A DNA stretch of 63,994 nt, the filler included, from Jimgerdemannia flammicorona (taxonomy: Eukaryota): NCBI GenBank assembly GCA_003990765.1. It is 3 parts of 3 records of this genome, joined end to end, with 100 filler letters (N's around TTAATTAATTAA, not from the genome) between each part and the next. Parts side by side here need not be neighbours in the genome. Positions count along the whole stretch, not along the records: positions 1 to 21,475 come from RBNJ01001442.1; positions 21,576 to 43,045 come from RBNJ01001443.1; 1 more part is not named here. One strand, given 5' to 3'. This document shows, piece by piece, positions 13,335-26,619 of the stretch (within the stretch, counting starts at the first letter, position 1; each line of letters opens with the position of its first letter). The notes beneath the pieces are model-generated. The model was not told where the DNA came from. It did not search any database and saw nothing but the letters and a program-made list of their open reading frames with translations. Made by a program: the position numbers and the translations under genes.

Positions 13335-15239
13335 TATGATATATACCAAGAGGCCTTTAGGTTGAGGAAGCGCTTGCTTGAAAATAGTTGTAGTAGCAGT
13401 ACCTTATCTTTTAAAGGTCTTTCTGGTTTGCTCTATCTTTTAAGAGTCTTATTCTTTGCTGTGCACAGACTGAATTTGTCTTAGAATTTAGGTTCAATGG
13501 GTTTACTAAGTCTTTGGGGATTTATATATCAGTCTCAGTTCTGGCAGAAGATAGCTAAGCTTCTGGAGTTTAGTTAGAAACACTAGAGTCACTTAGGTAT
13601 CATTACTAAGACTCAGGGGAATATGTGTGTGTAGGGGGGACTTGATTCTTGTATCAAGGACTGAACTAAAACTGCTTTATTTTGGATAGAAACTGGAGGA
13701 TATTTATATAAATTGGTCTATAATTTCTGACTAAGTATGAGTGACTAATTTGATAACTATAGTGAGGTTTGTGATCATGACCTTTGTTAGGTAGTTTGTG
13801 GCAAAAACAACTCTATGATCAGGACCTCAATTATCAGCTGCTGTGGTAATAGTTGCTATGGTGCCAATTGTCAGAGATAAGCTAGATATCATTTTTTGTA
13901 TTGTTTTCTATATTGTTCATTTATCATTCATAATATTATATGTTGTGCTTGATCATATGACATCATTGCCAGGTCAAATAATTACTCATCTTATCATGTC
14001 TCATTCTATTACATCCTTCTCTCCTTAGAAATCAATGTCCTCATTGATTCAGAAATTGAGAACCAGGGGAGAAAAAGGTAGAGAATCTTCCTCAGTATTG
14101 TTGCCTTCTTCTTCAGTAACAGAGGGAGCAGTTGCTGATAGCTTGGTGTCCAGAATGGTGAAGTCAATGAGGTCTGCAAAAGGTTCTTGCATTGGTATGG
14201 GCATTGGAGTAGGGGTTCTCTATCTAATATAGTTGGGACCATTCAAGTAAAGTTCTTAATCCTCATACCTAGGAATATCCATTTGAATGAGTGGTTCTTC
14301 AAAGAGGTCAGAGAGGCCTTGGAGCCATTGGTCTGAGTTGTCATTCAGAAGGATACTCTAGTGGAGTTCACAGTCAGTAGACTTGAGAGTGATCCAGAAG
14401 TTAACTTCTTAGACTACCTTAATCTCAAGCTCATCAACCTCAGGAAAGAAGAGGTTCTGGAAGTCCTTCAGTTGGATATAGTTGAGGTTGGGAATGGTAA
14501 AAGGTATATGGCATATGATTTGGTAGACCTTCTTAGCTAGTCTTTGCTCATGCCTATCTAGGAGAGTCCAGTCTGAGACTTGATCAGTAGGTAGGTCCTT
14601 TGTATTTTGGAGGAGTTGATGGCTGATTTTATATTTATGCCAGATCTCTAGGTGGCTAGTAGCAAGGTAGGCCCTTTTGATGAATTCATGGTAGTCAAGG
14701 ATATACTGTCCAAAGTTCTTGCTAGAGAGGTTAAGGGCCTCAGAGCAGTGGTTCCTTCCTTGAATAGTAATCTGGATGTGTCCAAAGAGGTGGTCAATCT
14801 GGCTTGGGAGAGACTGACTATAGCAGGCAGTTTGGTGGTAGGTGGCAGGTATTCTTGTCTTGTCTTTTCTTTGTGAGGAGGGGGGATAGAGGTGGTGGCA
14901 TACTCTTTGCCTTGGGTATTTATACTTATTTGCCTGCCTGGTGTGACTTTTAATCTGATCACACTTTTCTACAGAATGTGTGACCTGTTGCTGTAAGCAG
15001 AACATATGCTAGTTATATGAGGAAATCCAGATTTCAAAGATATTGCCACTTGTAGTAGATTGGAATTCTGATATAAGGTAGTAAAAAAGAACTTTGTTAG
15101 ATAGGGAGATAGAGAGACTGCTTGGTTTGAGAGAAGTAATATAGACCTGAATAAAAGTCTGTAGTTGTTAGCTATTACTATTGTTTAGTAGTTAGAACTG
15201 TTTAAGTAGAATAGATAAATAGAATTCTTAGGTATAATA
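13335..15239 (-). mobile_element. Decayed long LTR-like unit carrying an accessory ORF (boundaries approximate)
   Basis: Same order as solo LTR 60921-62435: ORF homolog, then TTTATATAAATA (about 13700-13712, minus), then AATAAA about 25 nt downstream. No TSD could be fixed. Confidence 0.55.
14049..14760 (-). pseudogene. Decayed homolog of the LTR-encoded ORF 61159-61986
   Basis: Shared blocks: AKKVYQIICHIPFTIPNLNYIQLKDF / AKKIHQIFRHAPWSIPNLEYVRVSDF; ITLKS / ITLNS; DNSDQWLQGL / DNPDQFLQGL; FADLIDF / FADLISF; C-terminal PLVLNF / PMILNF. In-frame TAA/TAG stops present. Confidence 0.85.
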
Positions 15240-15600
15240 TACTTACTGAGACTGGTGTAGATGTGCTTAGAGGGAACTTCAATATAGTGCAGAATATGCT
15301 ATTAGATAGAACTAATAGAGAGAAGAATGTTATCAGATCTTTCTCTAGTAACATCCAGATTATATAAACTTCTGGCAATACTGAAGACTTTGTTTTTGGA
15401 GAAAAGGTACTAGCAACTTAATGAGTATTCCAAGGTGTATGCTGGGTAGGGTGGCCCTAGTACATTCAACTAGCAGTATGTAGAGAGGAGTTATGGCTTG
15501 GGGAGAAGTTGAGGGGTCTGCTGGTTGGAGGACATAGAAAGGGAGAAGACAGTACTGGGGGATAGAGGACAGAGAGGATGAGCATTGCAGACAAGGTGAA
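15240..15600 (+). mobile_element. Fragment(s) of an older L1-like element (endonuclease region)
   Basis: 'ETGVDVLRGNFN' matches 'EAGVDVLSGEFN' of the adjacent LINE (the GDFN motif of APE endonuclease). Confidence 0.45.
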
Positions 15601-15609
15601 GAGGAGTTG

Positions 15610-18600
15610 ACCAATAATGATAACTGCCAACACCTTTCTCAGCTACAATTCACATTACACACACTTTTACAACACACTTTAAAGTTGTTTATTGGAGAAA
15701 GATACTAAGGTAATGGCAAACAGCAAGCAATCTGGGACATGTACTAGGCAGGGTGGCTCTAGTGTGTTTGACTGGCAGCAGGTAGGGAGAGGACCTAGCC
15801 TGGGGGGGGGTATGAGGGGGCTGCTGGCAGGAGGATGAGGAGGGGGAGGAGGCAGTAATAGAGGACAGGGGTCTGGGAGGGCAAGCTTTGTAGAGATGGT
15901 GAAGGGGAGACAGCAGACATCTGGGTTGGAGGGATGGCTGAGGAAAGGCAAGGAGATGGAGAAGACAGCAGTTCATAGGGGAGTTGCCCTTGGCAGGAGG
16001 GCAGTGGAGCTGGGGGGGGTGAGCATAATGGCTGATGGTGACAGAACTACTAATCTGGAAAAAAATCCAGATGTGACTGCTGATAGCATGGCTGAGCAGC
16101 AGGGGCTTAGAGGGCAGGGGGACTTGGCAGATGGTATGATAGGCCTGGCAGTGGCCCTGTTACTCAAAAAATCAATCTTGGTATTTACAGTTACACTGTG
16201 CTTCTGAGGCCTAGTGGTGATGGTGAAAATGGTGCTGGAGCTTATCACTAAGCAGGTGGCAGGAGTAGTATTGGTAAAGTTTCTGAAGGGATTGGAGAGA
16301 GTGGAGGTGGGCTTTGAGGAGGCTGAGCCTTTGGAGGAGGCACTGAAGATTGGTTTGACTGTTGGGGAGATATATATCTCTATGGCACACTGCCTGAGAT
16401 AGGATCCCAGGGTAGTACAACTGCTGGTGAAAGGAGTGCCCATGGTGACAGTGGTGGAGATGAGAAGGAGAGTTAAGGAGGTCATGGTGGAGTATGATGA
16501 GATGGTAGATATATATCAGCTTTAGGGTCTGAGAAGGGACCTTGCTCAGAACTGGGGATGTTAATATGCAGATTTGGCTGGCAGGAAAGGAGGCTATCAG
16601 GAAGACAAGAGACTGGCCATTGGTGATGATCTGGGGGGCAATCTTGTGCAAGGTGATGAGGGTGAAGGGGAGTGAGAAGGAGGAAGAGGATTTGTTAGAG
16701 GCATTGGAAGAGCTGAGTGGTACAGTAGAGTGGCAGGCAAAGGCTTGGAAGGTTTTTGTGGAATCAACACACTTGGAGGAGATAGATGGAAAGTGGATTA
16801 GAATGGACAAGGGGTAGTGGAAAAGAGCTCAGGGATATAAGCATCAGAAGGAGCTGCTGGCTAAGCTAGAAGATAGACCTTGAAAGGATGTGGGTGGAAT
16901 GGTAGAGGTGGAGGGTGCCAAAGTGAGTGTCTGGGCTGGCAAGGATGGTAAGAGTGCAGGGAAGGTGGCAGGGGAGGACAGGAAAGTGACTGGCAATGAT
17001 CTGTATGCTGATGGTACATTTGAGGTCTAGGAGGAGGACTGGGAGGGATTGCCTACTCCTACTCCTCTTATCAGGTGAGGTCCGACTTCCCAAAGCAGAG
17101 TGGTAGAGGATGTGCCAATGAGGGGGGCCCAGTAAGTGCAGTTTGGAGTTCCTGAGGTGGTGAATGGGAGACATGTGGTGGCAGTTGGAGAGGAGGAACT
17201 GGTGGATGTCCCAGAGATATGGGATGAGTCTACAAGTGCCAGGGCTAATACCACAATGTTGGATGGAGGGAGACCAGTGACTCCTGGGGGGAAGGAGGTG
17301 GGGAACCTGCTTTGGATGTGCAGGATGATGAATAACCTGGCAGCTGAAGAGTTGGGAGAGGTGGACTTGAGAGTAATAAGTGATGAGCATTGGGTGCAGA
17401 TCCTGCAAGGGGATGGCATGGAGCAGATATTGAAGGCAGAAATCCTCACAGTATATCTAGAGGAGGAAGGGTATGAGGTGAATAAGGAGTAGGAGGCTGA
17501 GCTGGCAGAGGTTGCTAGTGAGAGGGCTAAATACTGTTGGGACAAGTATCATGGATTGCAGCTCTGACAGGAGGCCTGCCTGGAGTACCATGAGGAGTTT
17601 GAGGAGAAGGCAGATGGGGAGATGAATGAGCTATTGGCTGGACTGGAGGCTCAGAGGGCTGAAGAGAAAGAGGTGACTGCAGAACATAATCTGGATATAG
17701 TGCAGGAAGAGATGAACATAGAGCAGTAAGGATAGACTGAATAACATACTGTATTTCATTATGAATAGTACAACCAACATTTTATCATTGAACATGAATG
17801 GGTTACAGAGTGCTTCTCGACATAGGAACATTTTTACTTGGCTGAAGGGATTGGAGGCCAATCTCTTCCTCTTGTAGGATGTCAGGTGCAAGGATAATTT
17901 GGATAGGCTGGAGTAGACAAAGGAATGGGGAGGTGAGGCAGTTTGGAAGGGCAAGGTTGGAATTCTGGTACAAAAGGGTCGAGGGGAGATACAGGAGATG
18001 AGGAGCTGGGGGGATAGATTGGTCTGGGGAGAGTTGATATGTAAAGGTTGGGAGCCAGTCACAGTGGGCTCCTGTTACTGCCCTACTATATGGAGTGAGC
18101 ATGTGGATTGAGTGAAGGGTCTCCAGAAGAGTGGGGTCCTTGTAGAGGCTGGGGTGGATGTGCTTAGTGGAGAATTCAATAGGGTCCAGGATACACTGGT
18201 GGATAGAACAGATGGTAGAAGGGGAGCTGAGAGTAGGAGTGGAGGGTTGGTGGCATGAGAGGATGTGGAAAGGCTAAGCGCTCTGATAGATGCTGGTAGG
18301 GAGTATTGGGGAGATAGGAGGGTATACATGCACTGGGCAGGGGGTCTGGGGATGAGGATTGACTGAATGCTGACAGCCAGCTGCTGGAGATTGGATGTTT
18401 GGAAGTCACTGGAAGTGGAATGGTGCCCTTGGTCGGATCATTGGGGGCTGTTAGGGTAAGGATATTTTGGGGGAAGTGGGGATGGGCCTGGACATTGGCA
18501 CCTCAATTCCTCATTATTAGATAATAGGATCTAGTAGAATGCATAAGTGGAAGACATTCAACTGAGGGTAGAGAGCTGAAGGCAGGAAGGTGTCCTGGTT

Positions 18601-21475
18601 GGTGTTAGGTAGATGAGGTAAAAGGATGGCCAGGGTTTACTGGAGTGAGGCTGGTAGGGAGGCTGGAAAGTAGAGGAGGCGATGGGTGAGATGGGCTTCT
18701 ATTAGACTGATCAGACTCTTGGAGGATTGGGCAGGGCTAGTAATAGTGGTGGAGGGGAGAGAGAATTGGAGATTGATAAAGGCGAAAATGGAGGTTGGAG
18801 AATTACAACAGGTGCTGAGGGATGAGGAGGAGGCAAGGGTGTAGAGCTTGGCAGCATGGCTGTATTGGCAGGGGTTAGAGGAAGGGGAGAGGCCCTCTAA
18901 GTATCTCAAAAGAGCCCTTCAGGTTAGAAAGATACAGCAAAGATGGGAGGGGGTGGTTGACTCTGATGGTATACTGGTGCATGGTATACAAGACATTCTT
19001 GATTCACTAAAGGAGTGATGGAGTGGATTGTGGAGTAAGGAGAAGGGGGGGGGCTGATGCTGCTGCCATTGACCAGACTTTGGAGAATTGGCACCCTCCT
19101 CAAGCAAATGGGCTGAGTGACTTAGTATTGTCAGTACAAGAGGAAGAGATCCACCAGGTTCTTGCTACAACAACCCCAGGCATGGTACCTGGGAAGGATG
19201 GTCTGCTCTGGGACTTCTGGAAGAAGATGGTGAGAGTCTCGAGAGTTCTGAGTGAGATAATGGTATTGGGTGACTTTATATTACAGATGGGGAGATGGGT
19301 GGGGGAACAGAATCTGGGGCTAGTGACACTGCTTTATAAGAATAAAGGAAGGTGAGAGGACTGGAAGAACTGATGGCTGATTATGTTGCTAGACATAGAC
19401 TTGGTGACTAAGGTAGTAGTTGCAAGGCTACATAAGGTGGCCCAGTAAGTTCTGGGTGTTGAGCAGAGGGGCTTCGTAGGAGGCCGGCTCATTAGGGATT
19501 GCACAGCTTGGGTACATGGAGTTATTGAAGAGGCACAAGTCTGTGGACTGGATGGGTGATTAGTCTTCTTGGACCAAGAGAAGGCTTATGACCAGGTACA
19601 GTGAGTCTGGCTGGCAAAAGTATTGGATAGGACTGGGGTACCATAACAGTTCCAGTCAGTAATAATCAGCCTACTAGAAAGAAGTAGGACAGTACTCATC
19701 TATAATAGACATAGAGAAGTATCATTTTTCCTGGGTAGAGGAGTACCCCAGGGAGACCCACTGTCTCCCATTCTATATACTCTTTCCCTGGAGCCCCTAA
19801 TGGACAGAATCAGGCATAAGATAATGGGACTCTCCATCTTTGGAATTGGGTGGAAAGTTGGGGCCTTTGCAGATGACATGGTGGTTGGTCTAGGATCCAT
19901 TGTAGATATTGGGGAGCTCAAGAAGATGGTGGAGTGGTATGAGGAGAACTCTGGAGCTAAACTCAATTGGCACAAGTGTGAAACAATGATATTGGGCAAT
20001 GGTCTGGTGGGTGGGGACATCATTGGAACAATCGTCTCTACTGGCAAGGTAGTGCAGTACTTGGGTATTTATTTGTCAGTATATAGATCAGTACTACCTA
20101 GACTTTGGTGGGAGCAGAGGGTTGGAATCTAGGGGGAGGCCCTGCAGAGCTGAGGGGGTCGCTATTTATCTCTAGCAGGGTATATCTTGATTTTGAATAT
20201 CTATTGGCTGCCGAAGTTGTGATATCTGGCTTATCATCTGGACTTCCCAGTCTGAGTTATGAAGTGATTGTTGAAGCTGGCCAAGGAGTAGATCTGAGCT
20301 GGTAGAAGGGGTCAGATCAGTTGGAAGGTCTTATCCTTACCAGTGGCAAGAGGAGGGCTTGGGCTGATTGACTTTCCAAAGTGGTTATACTGCTTGAGGG
20401 CATGGTGGTTGAAGAGAGTGGTGGAATTGAAAGGAGGCAGTTGGGTTCCCCTATTACAGAAGGTCTGGGAGATGAGATCCTCACCAAGAGACTTGACAGG
20501 TAATCTCTTATCATTGGTGGGGCTTCAGAAGACTGCACAATTGTGATACAAAGACTTCTAGTGGGGAGTAGCAGAGGGGGCACACTGCATTGGAATTTGT
20601 TGGCAGGGTAATAAAGAAGAGATGGCTGGGGATCTGGTGATGTGGAGATGGGACTGAGTGTTGTTAGGAGGCATTCTCTTAGTCGAGTTCAACATTGGTG
20701 ATGGGATAGACTACCAAAGAGAATAAGGCCAGGATCTGTGGCCTAGTGGATGACAGGGAGTCAGTATCAGAGAAGAGTGGAACTGACATAGCATGTGGGC
20801 CTGGAGTGCTGAGGTGAAGAGGTGGATATCACCAAAGTACTGGGTGGTCTGGTGGTACATGCTGAGGAGGAATGTGATGCTTAAATTCTGCTTGGGTTAT
20901 CTTATCGAGAGGGATTGCTTTGACTGAGAGGAGTGCCACAATGTAGGACAGGAAGAAGGATATGTACAGATGCCTGAACATTGGCTAGAAGAGTGTGAGA
21001 TACTTAGCAACTTCTGGTGGGCTGTTGGGAACCACTTGAGAGTAGTGTGTCAAAGTGATGGCACACAGAGTCAGTGGGAAGATCTGAGGAATAGACTGGT
21101 AGGAGGGGTGGGAAAGGAGTGGCTTATCTAAGACTGGGTTTTGATAATTTGGATGGGGTTGGCCAGCTACTGGCTATTTGTTTTTGAAGATAGGAGGAGA
21201 CTTGGCTTGGGAGACTGGTTGTTGCATTGGCATGGCCTTATGGAAGACACCTTGACAGGCTGGTGGCTTGGTTGGGGGCTGCAGAGTGATTGGAGGTACT
21301 ACTTAGTGGAGAGGATCTGTAGGCAGAGTAGGAGGAGGGTGGGGGTAGTGGGTGAGAAGGTGGCCTTTATTCACAATGTTACAGGAGGGAGCTCCTCTAT
21401 GGGAATTGGGTAGGAGGAGGAGATGCTGTATAATTATGAATAGATTGGTAATAAATGGTGGAGTCTAAGTAACTA
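15610..21475 (+). mobile_element. Near full-length decayed L1/Tx1-clade non-LTR retrotransposon (ORF1 from about 15712; ORF2 APE-RT from about 17760)
   Basis: APE start 'ILSLNMNGL...LFLL*D'; RT motifs 'PGKDG', 'LDQEKAYD', 'GVPQGDPLSPILY', 'AFADD', 'YLGI'; C-terminal CxxC..EH...C; AATAAA just before the contig end. Confidence 0.9.
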
Positions 21476-21575
21476 NNNNNNNNNNNNNNNNNNNNNNNNN
21501 NNNNNNNNNNNNNNNNNNNTTAATTAATTAANNNNNNNNNNNNNNNNNNNNNNNNNNNNNNNNNNNNNNNNNNNN
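21476..21575. other. Artificial contig spacer
   Basis: 100-bp N block containing TTAATTAATTAA (21520-21531), a six-frame stop linker. Confidence 0.95.
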
Positions 21576-21858
21576 ATTTTTTTTTAAAGATAAAATAAAA
21601 ATTTAAAAACAATAAATTTAATATTTTTAAATATCTCTAATATAAAACTATAATATATTATAATATAAAATATATTTATTTAGAGTATTTTTATTTAAAT
21701 AATTAAAATATAAAATTTAATAAAACATTGGTTCAGTTTTGGAACATACTGTAACAGTTGAAAATAATTTTGCCTGACCACTGGAGAGATTGGTGTTAGT
21801 TGCTACATTTGTATTGGCTGGGATATAGATGTTGAAGTAGAGATTAAGATAGATATAT

Positions 21859-23184
21859 TGTAATGTGCCTAGCTCAATAGAGACAAATTACAAGGTTGGG
21901 GGTTGGTGTAGTTTGACTTGAGCCCCCAGTTACTTTGTCAAAAAGCAACAAAATGTTCTAAGATTCCTAAGATCCTTATTGGTGTTTAGTAGTATAATAG
22001 TCAAAACTGGATATCTGTGAGCAGTTTCCTTATTTGAATAGTTCTCTGGGTATAGTAGTGATTTGTATGTCTTTTTCTTCTTGGGTCAACTGGGAATTGG
22101 TAAAATTTCATATATAGCATAATGATCTCTATGTGTGATAGTCTAGCAATTTAGCAGTTCTCCTTCTTGAGTGATAGGCAATCTCTGTGTAGTGTGATAA
22201 TCTCCAAAAGTATGTAATTTCTGGGTGATGATCTCTTGTATAGTGCAGTAAATTTCTTATATGATTTGGGCAGATAACTTAATTTGGTGTAGATTCTCTT
22301 AAATTGGTAGACTTCTGGGAATAATAACTCAGGTGGCACAGGTTCTTCTGGGAATGCAGATAACTTGAAAATGGTAGATGATACAGATTCTCCGGAATTG
22401 GCAGACTTCTTGAAAATAGTAGCTTCAACTGAAAAACATGCTGGTGGCTTTTTGGGAAAGGGTCTCTTAGCAAAGTTGCATCAAAGACTGGCTTTGTTTG
22501 TGCAAATAGATCACTATGAAGTTGTATCAGAAACTGGCTTGAGTAAGGTGGCTTTCTTTTAGGTGGTGGAAACTTGGGTTCTTCAGACTTATCTGGCAAG
22601 CATATCAATAACAATAATTCCAAAGGCAATGAAGTTCTTCCTTGAACTTAGGTAGCAAACTCAAATTTTTCAGACTTAGTCTGGCAAACATACCAAAAAT
22701 GGACTCATTTTTTATATCAGAAAGTGGACTGGAGCAGGGAAATAAGCTTACAATCTCCTAGTAATAGCTATAGAGTTCCTCTTGAAGTATGTTAGGCAGA
22801 CTTGTCTTTTGTTTCAATTTTGGACTTTTGGACTCTTCTTTATATTAGAAAGTGAACTGAAGTTGAAATGTGTTCTGAATTTTGGACTGAGGTTTATTCA
22901 CTCTTGTCTCTGGGATAATTTATACAGTTGTAGTTACTATCTGGTTACTATGTTACTAATTATAGATTACTATCTATGGCAAGTATGCAGGTCTTGCATG
23001 AGTGTATAGGTCTTGTACAGGTGTACAGATCTTGTATAGGTGTACAGGTCTTGTACAGATATACCTTATCTGATAGTCTGGCTATTTATACAGCTTTCTA
23101 TAGCAATAGTTGCTGGTTACTATGCTATGTGTTTATATTATCTGACTAAGTTATAATTCAGGTGGTACATTTTGATTTATTATA
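21859..23184 (-). repeat. 3' LTR of the full-length Gypsy element
   Basis: Direct repeat of 30743-32034; the differences are almost all transitions. Confidence 0.92.
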
Positions 23185-26100
23185 TTAGTTCACACTAAAG
23201 GATGGTCTGTCCTCAGGCTATCCTTTAGTCATCATTTCAGTATAGGTAAGCATCTTTTGCATCAATACCTGTTCATCATCTTCATCATCTATACCATGGT
23301 TGCTCTATTCCAGGGGTTCTTCTTCTTCTTCTGGAAATAGGATTTCAACAGCATTGATGATGCTCAGATAGGTGGCTAAGTTCATTCTTCATGCATCTCA
23401 CCAGGAAAATTATGCTTGTAACAAGGCTGCAGGGTTACATTTGTAAAGGGTATAGAGCCTGTCTGCAGCAGTGATATCTCTTCTTAATAGTCCTGTAGTG
23501 CTTCAGATGTATATTTGTTCTGGGACTGGAAGGTTCTGCAATTGTTCTCCAATTGCATAGTGAGCCTGAAGTTGGTGGACCTATAGCAATTATCTGGCCA
23601 AGACAAGATTCTCTTAATGAATCTGAATTTTTTGAAGGGTAGTCCCATTGATTTCTCAAAATTGGGGTAGAGGAACTGGCAGTGATTGAAATGAGCTAAG
23701 GATAAGAGTCTGGAGGTAGTTGTCAACTCTCTGATTTATAATGTGGAGGAAGATATATCTTAAGGTGATTGATGTGTACTGATGTCTTTAGGGTTCTTCC
23801 ATCTATGCTTCTTAAATAGATGCTGATTCCTCTGATATTGTATTTAAGATAAGGTTCTTCCCATTTGGGTTCTAATTTGACAGCAAAATTTGTTTCAATT
23901 ATGTTTCTCCAAACTAGTACTTGATCTCCAATCTTGATCTTCTGATCCTTCTGTTTCTGGTTATAATACTTCTTTTGTCTTTCTTGGACATTAATAATCT
24001 GACCTCAGGCTTGATTATATAACTGTTCTACCTTCTTGAGGAGGTCTCCGAGATTCTCATAATCAGCAGTTCTGGTTTTCTTAACAAACATTATCTTGAA
24101 TGACTTTTGTTTGGTGGAGGCAGCAGGGGTGTTCCAAATTTCCCATAGGATCTCAGGTAAGCAGAGGTCCCAATTGATAGGATTGACTCAGGCAAGTTCT
24201 TTCTTAATGGTCTAATTCATTCTTTCTGTCATACCATTGGTCTGAAAGTGGTATGATGTGGTCCATTTGAGGTGGATCTTGTGAATTTGGGCATAACTTA
24301 TGATTATGTTGTTGATGAATTCTGTGCCTTGGTCAGAGATGAGTTCTTCTGGGTATCTATATTTGAGTATAAGTCTATGGAGAAGACCTACAATGGTTAA
24401 GGCATCTGTAATTTCCATTGGGAAAGCCTTGGGCCACTTGGTCAAATGTTCTACAAATACAAGGATATATTTGTTTCTTCTTGGTATAACTGGTAGAGGT
24501 CCAATTACATCTATTCCCCATCTCTGAAAGATGTTGTCTGGTAGTGTGATTGGTTGCAATGGTGCTTGATAGTTCTTCCTTCCTTGGTACTTCTGGCAGA
24601 TGTCACATTTCTTGAATATGTTCTGGACTTGTGTTCTGAGGTTGGGCCAATGTTGGTGTGTTGTTCGCAGCTTCTCTTCTATATTTGCCTATCTCTGGTG
24701 GGCTTTTTGATATTCTTTTTGGATGAGATCTTCTTGTGCCTTGATGGTCTGAGGAGCTTCCTTTAGGGTGTAGTACCTTGGGACACCCTTCTTCTGGTTT
24801 ATTGGAGCTGGTGGGAAAGTACATCAACATTGTTGTGAGCTTTTCCTGCTTTGTAGATGATAGTGATTTTGTAATCCTAAAGAATAAGGATCCAGTAGGC
24901 TAGGATTCCAGTGGGTTCTTTGCAGTTGAATAGCTATTTGAGAGCTGCATGGTCTGTGATCAGAGTGAATCTTTTTCTAATAAAGTAATGCTTGAACAGA
25001 GTGACCACCCATATGACTGTAAGGCATTCCAGTTTGGTGCTACCATAGTTCATCTGCTGCTGATTGATAGCTTAGCTTGCATAAGCTATTATATGATATT
25101 ATTGGTCAGATCCTTCTTGGGCCAGAACTGCTCCTAGGCCATCTTTAGAGGCATCTGTATATAAGATGAATAACTTCTATAAATTGGGGTATACAAGGAT
25201 TGGTGTTGTAGTCATGCAGTTCTTGAGTTCTTTGAAGACTGTTTCTTGTGATTGTGTCTATTTGAATGGCACTCCTTTCTTGAGAAGGATCCAGATTGGG
25301 GTAGCAATTTAGGCAAAGTTCTTGATAAACCTTCTGTAGTAGGATACTAGTATCAGGAATGATAGTGTTTCCTTTGGGGTCTTGGGTACTGGCAATTGTT
25401 GATCTTCTCAGTTTTCTTTGAGTCTATATGAGTTCCTTCTTTTGAAACCATGAATCCAAGGAATTCAAGTTTCTGTTTCCCAAAGTAGCATTTCTTTGCA
25501 TTCAGTCTCAAGTAGTTCTTGTGGGTGAGCTTGAAGAATTCCTCTAGGTGGTGCAGGTGTTCTTTGAAATTTGCTGAATAGATGTTGGAATCATCCATGT
25601 ATACAATCAGGTAGTAGTGGATCAAAGGGGCATAGACTGAATTCATCATCCTCTGAAAGGTAGAGGGTGCATTGTAAAGTCCAAAGAGCATTCAGAGGTA
25701 TTCAAACAGTTTTCCTAGAGTAAGGAAAGCTGTCTTTTGAATGTCTTTGGGGTCTATGGAGATCTCATAGAATTCTGTGAAGAGGTCCATACTGCTAAAG
25801 TATCTGGCATCTTGTAACTGATCCAAAAGGTCATCAATTCTGGGTAAAGGATAGATATCCTTTTTGGTAACTGAATTGAGTTTTCTGTAATTCACACAGA
25901 GTCTCCATCCTTCTTTCTTTGATATAATAAGTATAGGGCTGGCCTAGGAGCTAATAGAAGGTCAGATGACTCTATTGTCTAAGAGTTCTTGAATGTGTTC
26001 CTTTTCAAATATTTTTAAGTAATGGGGTATTCTATAGGATTTCTGCCAGATGGGTGTTGCATTTCCTGTATTTATGCTATAGTGATATGATGGGTTGTAT

Positions 26101-26619
26101 AGCAGATTACCATAATTGGTGGTGAAGATATCTTGATATTTGTTGAGAAGTTCTACTAGTTGCTACTATTGCTGGAGTGTCAATTCTTCTCTAATGTTGG
26201 TGGAAGGCTTCACTGTCTCTTTGGTCACAGAGGGGCCTTTCCTTTCTTCTGGGACCTTTTTCCATTTCCCAATAAGTTCAGTTCATAAACTTCTCTATGA
26301 GTTCAACTGAGAAAAGGCACTAGATGTCCTATAATAATTCCTTTTGGCAAGATGATGGTTTCCCAACTTTGGTTGATTGCTTGGAAGTGTACTGGATTTA
26401 TCTTGTCAGGAAATATATATCCCTCTATGTCCAGGTAGGAGATATCTTCCTTGAGATCAAAGAAAAGATTTCTGGGGTCAGGTGGTACAAAGATTTCGAA
26501 GGTAGTTTGTTCTTCAGACTCTAGGATGAGATTCTTATGCAGTTTGACTGGTTGGTGGTACACCTGCTGGGGGACATTTTTTTTGAGATGGTTGACTTAA
26601 AGGAGATATACTTCCTTCT

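Noticed and set aside
15360..20583. Many Ser/Pro/Leu/His-rich minus-strand ORFs
   Set aside because: Antisense shadows of the purine-rich LINE strand.
21476..21575. TTAATTAATTAA palindrome within N runs (also 43090-43101) and any linkage across them
   Set aside because: Artificial six-frame stop spacer. Segment lengths of 21475 and 21470 bp suggest size-sorted contig concatenation.
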